A stretch of DNA of 32,000 nucleotides from Archaeoglobus fulgidus DSM 4304 (GTDB taxonomy: Archaea; Halobacteriota; Archaeoglobi; Archaeoglobales; Archaeoglobaceae), in assembly GCF_000008665.1 (NCBI RefSeq), contig NC_000917.1, positions 1,350,001 to 1,382,000 of the forward strand, written 5' to 3'. The notes under the pieces are model-generated. The model saw nothing but the letters and a program-made list of their open reading frames with translations. It had not been told where the DNA came from and did not search any database. This document shows positions 25,423 through 32,000 of this stretch, piece after piece. How positions within the stretch are numbered: the stretch's first letter is position 1; each line of letters begins with the position of its first letter. A program made the translations under genes and the position numbers.

Positions 25423-27720
25423 ATGACCGTTCGCAGTCTTCTTGAAGAGGTTTCAAAGGCGGCGGAAATCGCTGCCAGCAATCGACACAGGTTTATGGTC
25501 ATTCTATGCTCAAAGGAGCTCAACGACAGGGTTGTTAAAATAGCCAAGAGGATTTACAAAAAGCACAGAAAAAGGATGAACGAGGACAACCTCCTCATTG
25601 CGGGGAGGAGCGATTTTCTTGATATCACCCGAAAGTACTTTGAGGGGGAGTTTCTGCACTACAAGGACTCGCCGAAGGTGCTTGGCCAGACCTACTCCTC
25701 CCTTTTGATAGACTTCACCGAAGGTTTTCATCCCAACGATTTGGGAATAATCGTTGAGACGATCAAGGAGGGTGGAATAATCATAGCCTTCTCCCCGCCC
25801 ATCGAGCAGTGGGAGAATCTGAAGAGCAGGTGGCACGAGGAGCTTGTTTCCGAGCCCTACACAGTTGAGGACGTAACAGGGAGGTTTTTTGCGAGGTTCA
25901 TGAGGAGGACGCTTCAGGCGGAGGGCATAATTATCTTCGATGCGGACAGAAGAAAAATCATCAAGCACTACGAGTTTGAGCCGAAGGAAATTTCGAGAGA
26001 GGAAATCGTAATTCCCGAAGACATTGAAATCAAGAGGAAGCTATACAAGCTCTGCGCAACTCAGGACCAGGTCAGAGTTCTGCAGGTCTTCGAGCGATTT
26101 TTTGACAGAAAGAGGGAGAGGAAAGCTGTTGTGATTACGGCCGACAGAGGGAGGGGAAAGACGGCCATTTTGGGCATCGCCACACCCTACATAATTTCAA
26201 GGATGGAGAGGCTGCTCAAGAGGCCTGTGAGGATTATGGTTGTGGCTCCAACCCCTCAGGCGGTACAGACCTACTTCAGATTTCTCCTCAAGGCGATGGT
26301 AAGGCAGGGGATGACGAAGTACTTCGCAAAGGAGACAAACGGCCTGATAACGGTTGTCAACAGCAAGTACGCAAGGGTTGAGTACGTTGTGCCGAGAAGG
26401 GCGATGCTGGAGAAAGACACTGCGGATGTAATCATAGTCGATGAGGCTGCAGGGATTGACGTGCCTGTGTTGCTTAAAATCACTGAAGGGGTCAGGTACA
26501 TGATTTTCTCCACGACAATTCACGGTTACGAGGGCACGGGAAGGGGATTTGCCATCAGGTTTTTGAAAAGGCTTGAGAGTGACGAGACGGTTGAAATCGA
26601 AAGAATCCACATGGAGGAGCCAATCAGGTACGGTAAGGGAGATCCGATAGAGAAGTGGCTTTACGATGTGCTACTACTTGACGCTCAGCCGGCAGAGCTC
26701 GATGATGAGGATGTCGAAGCTATAAAGCAGGGGAAGCTTGAGTTCAGGGAGGTGGACAAGGATGCGCTGGTGAACGATGAGAAGCTCCTGAGAGAGTTTT
26801 TCGGAATCTACGTGCTCGCTCACTACCGAAACCGTCCTTCAGATTTGGCAATACTCCTCGACATGCCGAACCACCTTCCATTCATTGTTACGGTGAACGG
26901 CAAACCCGTTTGCTCCCTTCACATCGCAGTTGAAGGGAACCTCGACGATGAAACAATCGAGAAAATAAAAGAAGGCTACAAGCCGAAAGGACAGATAATC
27001 CCCGACCTGATGCTGAAGCACTACTGGGACTTCGAGTTTCCGAAACTTGTAGGCGCGAGGGTGGTGAGGATAGCAACCCACCCGTCTGTTATGGATATGG
27101 GGATCGGGAGCTTTGCCCTGGCGAAGATAGTTGAGTGGGCCTACGGCAGAGACATGGACTGGGTTGGTTCGGGATTCGGAGTTTCACCGGAGCTTCTCCG
27201 CTTCTGGGCTAAGAACCACTTTACACCCGTGCACATAACACCTCAGAGGAACGAGGTTAGCGGAGAGCACACCTTAATCGTTCTAAGGGCTTTGAAGTAC
27301 GATGTAGAGGATGTTGTTGAGAAGCTCAATTCGGAGTTCACGAGAAGGCTGATTGAATACCTGGCGGACGAGCTTTCAGATTTGGAGACCGAGACGGCGG
27401 TTCTTCTGCTCAGGTCTCTTAGAAGGAGCTTTGAAATTCCTTCCCCCAGATTCGGAAAGGTGGAAAGGAGGAGAATGAGCAAGTACTTCCAGGGCATGAG
27501 CCTTTACGAGTACGTTTCGGACATAATAAGGCCGCTCGTAAGATATTACTACTCCAGAACTGACAGAGACGAGCTTGAGGAGGTTGAGGAAGAGGTTTTG
27601 ATTGGAAAGTGTCTGCAGCTAAAGCACTGGTCCGAGCTGCCGGGGGAGGGGTATAAGAAGTACAGAACACTCCTGAATGCCGTGAAAAAAGTCTGGAGAT
27701 GGTACTATGGAGAGGATTAA
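25423..27720 (+). CDS. tmcA: tRNA(Met) cytidine acetyltransferase TmcA
   Basis: 765 aa; 'ITADRGRGKTAILGIATPYI' (Walker A), 'IIVDEAAGI', GNAT region 'GARVVRIATHPSVMDMGIGSFALAKIVEWAYGRDMDWVGSGFGVSPELLRFWAKNHFTPVHI'. Confidence 0.96.
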   Translation: MTVRSLLEEVSKAAEIAASNRHRFMVILCSKELNDRVVKIAKRIYKKHRKRMNEDNLLIAGRSDFLDITRKYFEGEFLHYKDSPKVLGQTYSSLLIDFTEGFHPNDLGIIVETIKEGGIIIAFSPPIEQWENLKSRWHEELVSEPYTVEDVTGRFFARFMRRTLQAEGIIIFDADRRKIIKHYEFEPKEISREEIVIPEDIEIKRKLYKLCATQDQVRVLQVFERFFDRKRERKAVVITADRGRGKTAILGIATPYIISRMERLLKRPVRIMVVAPTPQAVQTYFRFLLKAMVRQGMTKYFAKETNGLITVVNSKYARVEYVVPRRAMLEKDTADVIIVDEAAGIDVPVLLKITEGVRYMIFSTTIHGYEGTGRGFAIRFLKRLESDETVEIERIHMEEPIRYGKGDPIEKWLYDVLLLDAQPAELDDEDVEAIKQGKLEFREVDKDALVNDEKLLREFFGIYVLAHYRNRPSDLAILLDMPNHLPFIVTVNGKPVCSLHIAVEGNLDDETIEKIKEGYKPKGQIIPDLMLKHYWDFEFPKLVGARVVRIATHPSVMDMGIGSFALAKIVEWAYGRDMDWVGSGFGVSPELLRFWAKNHFTPVHITPQRNEVSGEHTLIVLRALKYDVEDVVEKLNSEFTRRLIEYLADELSDLETETAVLLLRSLRRSFEIPSPRFGKVERRRMSKYFQGMSLYEYVSDIIRPLVRYYYSRTDRDELEEVEEEVLIGKCLQLKHWSELPGEGYKKYRTLLNAVKKVWRWYYGED

Positions 27721-28018
27721 CTTTGATTCGGAGTTTGTTGAAAGAATAATCAACGGAGAGAAGATTACCACCGTAAGGAGGGGGATAAAGAGCTATCCGG
27801 TCGGAAGAATTGTCGAACTCACAGCAAACGGGGAGAGGTTCGCTCTGGCGAAGGTGAAAAAGGTGGTAGTGAAGAGGGTGAGGGAACTAACTGATGAGGA
27901 TGCCATAAGGGACGGTTTCAAAAGCCGAGAAGAGCTGATTTCTGCGTTAAAAAGAATATATGGGGACATAAGGGATGATGAGTTCGTAACCGTCGTTCAT
28001 TTCGAGGTCGTGAAATAA
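27707..28018 (+). CDS. ASCH domain (PUA-like) protein
   Basis: 103 aa 'EFVERIINGEKITTVRRGIKSYPVGRIVELTANGERFALAKVKKVVVKRVRELTDEDAIRDGFKSREELISALKRIYGDIRDDEFVTVVHFEVV'; G-x-K-x-x-T-x-R ASCH signature. 14-nt overlap with tmcA. Confidence 0.85.
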   Translation: MERINFDSEFVERIINGEKITTVRRGIKSYPVGRIVELTANGERFALAKVKKVVVKRVRELTDEDAIRDGFKSREELISALKRIYGDIRDDEFVTVVHFEVVK

Positions 28019-28022
28019 ACAC

Positions 28023-28274
28023 TCATCTGAAAGCAAGGTAAAGGGCAACGGCCATCTCGATGAGCACAGCTACTGTCAAAATTGCCGTTTTTCTGGAAGA
28101 GAACGGGAGAATTAGAATCAAACCGATGGCGGGAATGAGTGTAAGGAGGAAGACCAGCAAAGGCGAAAGAGATGTTCCAAAAAGCTTATCCAAGGCATAC
28201 GAGACAATCAAAGCTGCAAACACCGCGAAAAAGCTGTATTCGACAAATCTGGCAAACAGTCTGTCTTCCCTCAA
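28023..28274 (-). CDS. Small membrane protein
   Basis: 83 aa with about three hydrophobic segments. 4-nt overlap with the upstream TauE/SafE-like gene. Confidence 0.6.
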   Translation of the reverse strand: MREDRLFARFVEYSFFAVFAALIVSYALDKLFGTSLSPLLVFLLTLIPAIGLILILPFSSRKTAILTVAVLIEMAVALYLAFR

Positions 28275-29128
28275 CCAAACACCCCCGTCAGCCCCTTATA
28301 GATGTTGGTTGATGCCGCTATGAGGAGGATGATTAGCACAACCTGCCTTATAACCGCGGGTCTAACTTTGAGAGCCAGTGATGCGCCAAGTTTCGAGCCT
28401 AACGCCATTCCAACCGTTGCGGGAACTGCAATATCCGGCAAAACAGCCCCCTTTGCAATGTAAACCCATCCTGCGATTGAGGTGTTGAGGAGAATTATCA
28501 GCATGCTTGTGGCAACTGCCACCCTTATTGGCAGCAGCATGACGAGATTCAAAACCGGAACGTTTGCCCACCCCGCCCCGAGACCGAACATTCCCGCGAT
28601 TAAACCGACGAAGGCGAACATAAGCAAGGCAACAGGGGTATTGGAGGCGTGGTAGCTTATTTCCTCCCCTAAACTCGGCTCAAAGCAAGCACCCCTCATT
28701 TCAAAAAACCTGCCAATTCTGTCCTCCTCCTTACTTTCGGGAAACTCCAGCCTCTCGGTTGTAAGCATTATCATCAGTATTACACCGAGAAGAATTCCGA
28801 GGAGCAGTGTAATGTAGTGTTTCCCCTCAGGGAACTCCCTTGAGATGTAAAGTCCCAGATAACCACCAGCAAAGGCCGTTAGATTGGAAACTAAAACGAG
28901 TGGAAGAACCATTCTGAGGTTGGTGAAACCCCTCATCATTACTGCTGGAGAGGAGACGAGGGCGCTGGTCAGGGCAACTATTACACCCCCTCCCCTTATG
29001 TAGTCAACATCGAACTCCGAGAAGGCTGTGAGCAGAGGTACGAACATCACCCCTCCACCCACACCTGAAAGGGGGGCGAGGATTCCTATTAAGAGGGAAA
29101 ACAGGAAGATAAAGACTGCCGAGTACAT
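28271..29128 (-). CDS. TauE/SafE family membrane transporter
   Basis: 'LLIGILAPLSGVGGGVMFVPLLTAFSEFDVDYIRGGGVIVALTSALVSSPAVMMRG' and 'GLIAGMFGLGAGWANVPVLNLVMLLPIRVAVATSMLII'. Confidence 0.88.
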   Translation of the reverse strand: MYSAVFIFLFSLLIGILAPLSGVGGGVMFVPLLTAFSEFDVDYIRGGGVIVALTSALVSSPAVMMRGFTNLRMVLPLVLVSNLTAFAGGYLGLYISREFPEGKHYITLLLGILLGVILMIMLTTERLEFPESKEEDRIGRFFEMRGACFEPSLGEEISYHASNTPVALLMFAFVGLIAGMFGLGAGWANVPVLNLVMLLPIRVAVATSMLIILLNTSIAGWVYIAKGAVLPDIAVPATVGMALGSKLGASLALKVRPAVIRQVVLIILLIAASTNIYKGLTGVFG

Positions 29129-29129
29129 G

Positions 29130-29567
29130 CTATCCCCTGCAAATCAGCAAGCTTGCCTTTGACTTTTTAAGCAGAACCTCGCACGGGTCTTTGCCGAAAA
29201 ACCCCCCGATTACCCTCTTCAGCAATCCACCCTTAAACCCCACAACGATCAAATCGGGCTTTATCTGCTTCTCCACAAGCAGCAATCTGTCCGCGTACTT
29301 TCCGAAAACAACGCTGACGTCAGAAACTTTCAGTCCGGCTTTTTCAAGTTGGTTCTTGAACCCCTCCAGCTTCTTCATCGATTGTGTCATCAAGCGGTGA
29401 TACGCTGCAAGCTCCTTCTCCTCGGGAACAAAAGGCGGGACCTCCATTTCCCTGATATAGAGAATGTAAACCTCCCCCCTCAATCCGTCCTCTGCCAGCT
29501 TTTTCAGCTTCTGGAAAGCAATCTCTCCCCTACCGGTGTCGTCGAGAACGAGAAGGATTCGCTCCAT
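29130..29567 (-). CDS. Universal stress protein (UspA family)
   Basis: 'ERILLVLDDTGRGEIAFQKLKKLAED...KPDLIVVGFKGGLLKRVIGGFFGKDPCEVLLKKSKASLLI'. The 'VGxxG...G...' motif is partly altered. Confidence 0.85.
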   Translation of the reverse strand: MERILLVLDDTGRGEIAFQKLKKLAEDGLRGEVYILYIREMEVPPFVPEEKELAAYHRLMTQSMKKLEGFKNQLEKAGLKVSDVSVVFGKYADRLLLVEKQIKPDLIVVGFKGGLLKRVIGGFFGKDPCEVLLKKSKASLLICRG

Positions 29568-29575
29568 GTTCCCCC

Positions 29576-30892
29576 CTACTGCAATCCCTCTACGTATTTC
29601 ATAAGCTCTTCTTCCGATAACTTAACAAAGCGGTTGTACATCTCCCTTATCTTCTCAACTGGGCTTAGCTCAACCTGATAGAGGTTGATTACTCCAAGGA
29701 GGTCATCTTTTTCTATCTTTCCATCAAAAAGCGGTAAAAAGATTGCCTCATCGACCTTCCCCCCCTCTTCAACTCTCCAGGGCAAATCAGATACAAGGTC
29801 GATGAGCACTCCATCAGAGTGGCGCATGATCTCCATTGGATAGACGATCGTGTTTGCTGGAATTTTTATTTTCTTTATTTTAACTCTAACTGGCTTGTTT
29901 TTAGTAAGCTCCTTGTCCTCTGCTGCGACGACAACTTCCCACCTCGCTACAGGGCTCCTATGGTAGCCAAAAGGAGGGAGATGCACCTTCTTTCTAATGA
30001 TTTTTTCTTCCTTCCTGTAAACCAGGGTAAAATCCTGAGGCTCTTTGGTTGCAATCAGCGGCTCGAGTTTCTTTAAACCAACGTAGTAAACATTGATAAC
30101 ACCCAGTAAATCCCCCCTCTTTATTTCCCCATCATCAACAGCAAGAAATACAGCCTGCTCAATATTCTTTGGCTCCTCAACTCTTCTCGGTTTTCCAAGC
30201 TGCACAACGTCAACTACAACTCCGTAGGGATTTCTGGATATGGAAAGCGGAACGACCACAGTGTTTGGGGGTAACTCAACGTTTCTGATTTTCACTCTCA
30301 AAACATCCCCAGCCCTCACCCCAACATCTTCGTCCGCAACCAGGGGCTCCCAAACTCCCACATGTGTTCTTGTGTACCCAAAAACTTTCGTAGAAATTTT
30401 CTCCCTGTAAATGTTTCCGTCGTCCCTCCACGTAATGTTTGCCTCAACAATCTCTTCCCTCAGCTCAACCTTGGTCGGTTTGAGGTTAAAGAGCCTCGAA
30501 ATTAGGCCCGTTTTTATGAAAAACACCTTCAGAACACCGACTATATCACCCTCCCTTACCACACCATCATCAACAGGGAGAAAAACCACTCTCTGGATGC
30601 ACTTTTCGTCCTCAACCCTCGTCGGTATTCCGCATTCGACGACATCCAGCACGGTGCCAAGAGCGTGTCTCATAATGTGCAGGGGGCCGACCATAGTCCC
30701 CCCGGGAATTGTGAAGGGTCTTACCTCAATAATCTCGGGCTCCCCTTTTTTCACCTCGACGTCATCCATCGCGATCAGCGTCTTCCACTGAGTCAAAGGA
30801 ATGATTCTGTAGCCAAAAGGCTTAAGCTCAACCTTGAGGCTACCCCTCTCACCCCCAACCTCGTCTGTCCAGTACTTCATCTTTACGGCCAT
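29576..30892 (-). CDS. Triple-repeat DUF22-type protein
   Basis: Three approx. 120-135 aa repeats: 'TIPGGTMVGPLHIMRHALGTVLDVV...IQRVVFLPVDDGVVREGDIVGVLKVFFIKTG', 'ELPPNTVVVPLSISRNPYGVVVDVV...IEQAVFLAVDDGEIKRGDLLGVINVYYVGL', 'KIPANTIVYPMEIMRHSDGVLIDLV...VDEAIFLPLFDGKIEKDDLLGVINLYQVEL'. Confidence 0.82.
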   Translation of the reverse strand: MAVKMKYWTDEVGGERGSLKVELKPFGYRIIPLTQWKTLIAMDDVEVKKGEPEIIEVRPFTIPGGTMVGPLHIMRHALGTVLDVVECGIPTRVEDEKCIQRVVFLPVDDGVVREGDIVGVLKVFFIKTGLISRLFNLKPTKVELREEIVEANITWRDDGNIYREKISTKVFGYTRTHVGVWEPLVADEDVGVRAGDVLRVKIRNVELPPNTVVVPLSISRNPYGVVVDVVQLGKPRRVEEPKNIEQAVFLAVDDGEIKRGDLLGVINVYYVGLKKLEPLIATKEPQDFTLVYRKEEKIIRKKVHLPPFGYHRSPVARWEVVVAAEDKELTKNKPVRVKIKKIKIPANTIVYPMEIMRHSDGVLIDLVSDLPWRVEEGGKVDEAIFLPLFDGKIEKDDLLGVINLYQVELSPVEKIREMYNRFVKLSEEELMKYVEGLQ

Positions 30893-30930
30893 ACAACCAC
30901 CTTTTCAACAATAGATTATGTTAATTTTTT

Positions 30931-30946
30931 GTTATATATAAATATT
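30931..30946 (-). promoter_or_regulatory. TATA-like promoter element of the DUF22/UspA/TauE operon
   Basis: Minus-strand 'tttatatataac' about 40-50 nt upstream of ATG 30892. Confidence 0.5.
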
Positions 30947-31024
30947 TCCTCAACGGAGCGGTACTAACGGGCAAGTGCGTTCACATAATTTCGCAAAGTT
31001 TTTATCTCACTTTTTAACACTTTA

Positions 31025-31444
31025 TCAAAGAAAAACTACGAGCCTCGAAATGAGGTCGAGTGAAACGAAAAGCAGTCCTATCTCTACGCCGAAAACAGAC
31101 ACGGCTACTGGGGCAAGGAAAAGTAGGGCTGCCCTGAAACCTCTTGGAAGCATAGAAAGTGCCGCTGAGCAAGCCGTTTCCCTAAAGCTCAGTTTTCCTG
31201 CCCTGTACATCGCAGATAGTGACGAAATCCCAACTATCGGGTGAATTAAGAATGACGCTATGGCAAATCCGCTTTTCAGCTTTGAGAACCTTATGAGGTT
31301 GTTTATGAACTCACCAACCCTGCTGAACTGGGGGAGGGAAAAGGGGGCGTTTGATAGTATTAGGCTGACAAGCATTATCGGAACTACCTTTGACATTAGC
31401 GTTAGTGTTTGCAGCAGGGCGTAGTTCACGTCCACCCTCCCCAA
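31025..31444 (-). CDS. Membrane protein, possible half-length nucleoside-recognition (Gate) domain
   Basis: 139 aa, several TMs with 'SGFAIASFLIHPIVGISSLSAMYRAGKLSFRETACSAALSMLPRGFRAALLFLAPVAVSVFG'. Confidence 0.6.
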   Translation of the reverse strand: MGRVDVNYALLQTLTLMSKVVPIMLVSLILSNAPFSLPQFSRVGEFINNLIRFSKLKSGFAIASFLIHPIVGISSLSAMYRAGKLSFRETACSAALSMLPRGFRAALLFLAPVAVSVFGVEIGLLFVSLDLISRLVVFL

Positions 31445-31632
31445 TCGCCTTGGGGTTTATTAAGCTTTGAACTCCTGCCGAACTCACAGTTCTTTGACGA
31501 TGGAAAATTACCCCTAACCGCGTCTATACTAAAGGTATTAAGCTTCTACCAAACTCAACTGTAACCAACCCTTTAATCCATTTGCAAAAAGCCTTAAATA
31601 TACTTCCGGTGTCAGTGAGAAGGGGATCGACA

Positions 31633-31926
31633 ATGGGATGGAAGTCACACGGTTTCAGGTTCAAATCGGGAAGAAAGCTCAGAAAGAAGGTCAGGGAAAA
31701 GGGAGTGAGAATCAGGAAGTTCCTTCAGACCTTTGACGTTGGCCAGAGAGTTCACATAGACATCGAGCCCGCATCTCAGAAAGGGATGCCGCATCCAAGA
31801 TTTCAGGGGAGAACTGGTGTCGTGATAGGACAGAGGGGCAGAGCCTACCTCGTGCAGGTTAGGGACGGGGGAAAAATGAAGACCCTGATTGTAAGGCCCG
31901 AGCACCTCAAACCACAGAGTGGTTGA
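31633..31926 (+). CDS. rpl21e: 50S ribosomal protein L21e
   Basis: MGWKSHGFRFKSGRKLRKKVREKG...DIEPASQKGMPHPRFQGRTGVVIGQRGRAYLVQVRDGGKMKTLIVRPEHLKP. ATG 31633 is preceded by SD-like gagaagggga; the upstream ORF extension is spurious. Confidence 0.95.
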   Translation: MGWKSHGFRFKSGRKLRKKVREKGVRIRKFLQTFDVGQRVHIDIEPASQKGMPHPRFQGRTGVVIGQRGRAYLVQVRDGGKMKTLIVRPEHLKPQSG

Positions 31927-31927
31927 A

Positions 31928-32000
31928 ATGTTTAAAGAGGTTAGGGATTTTGAATACATCACAATTTCTGAAGCGAAAGAAATAATGGAAGAAATAGCCA
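31928..32000 (+). CDS. rpoF: DNA-directed RNA polymerase subunit F (Rpb4/RpoF), 5' end only
   Basis: ATG 31928 reads MFKEVRDFEYITISEAKEIMEEIA, 1 nt after the L21e stop; typical L21e-rpoF order. Truncated by the window edge. Confidence 0.8.
   Translation, partial: MFKEVRDFEYITISEAKEIMEEIA

Noticed and set aside
25510-27670. Minus-strand ORFs inside tmcA
   Set aside because: Antisense shadows of a confidently identified long gene.
31582-31632. Upstream extension of L21e (MQKALNILPVSVRRGST)
   Set aside because: It covers the TATA-like and SD sequence; the conserved L21e start is MGWKSHGFRFKSG at 31633.
1-32000. CRISPR array, transposase/IS element, integrase or provirus signature
   Set aside because: None seen: no regularly spaced repeats and no transposase or integrase ORFs. 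The tRNA-Ser gene is not followed by an obvious attachment-site duplication or integrase.

Overview
This is an ordinary, gene-dense archaeal chromosomal window. Several proteins (the macrodomain at 24.8 kb, the HAMP receptor at 6.9-7.9 kb, AfpA at 22.1 kb) match Archaeoglobus fulgidus proteins I recognise, roughly AF1493 to AF1523. Locus numbers are from memory and were not looked up. Content: an archaeal histone, cupin-type phosphoglucose isomerase, archease, a DUF763 protein, AroA, an MBL-fold hydrolase, a Roadblock/PATAN/orphan HAMP-receptor cluster, an SLC41/MgtE-like transporter, aspartate-semialdehyde dehydrogenase, two TauE/SafE-like exporters, acyl-CoA ligase plus MBL lactonase-like protein, a GNAT-fused ADP-forming acyl-CoA synthetase, TatC, a secreted permuted NlpC/P60-like protein, tRNA-Ser(GGA), a PAS histidine kinase, SfsA, GNAT, a flavoprotein trio (AfpA, Isf, flavodiiron FprA), the Af1521 macrodomain, TmcA overlapped by an ASCH-domain gene, a DUF22/UspA/TauE operon, L21e and the start of RpoF. 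I see no CRISPR array, transposon or obvious defence island. The best candidates for an undescribed system are: (1) the signalling island at 5.58-8.49 kb, which supplies possible partners for an output-less HAMP receptor; (2) the overlapping tmcA-ASCH pair, a possible ac4C writer/hydrolase pair; (3) the 28.0-30.9 kb DUF22-UspA-TauE operon. A perfect 16-bp palindrome sits on the start codon of the histidine kinase gene.
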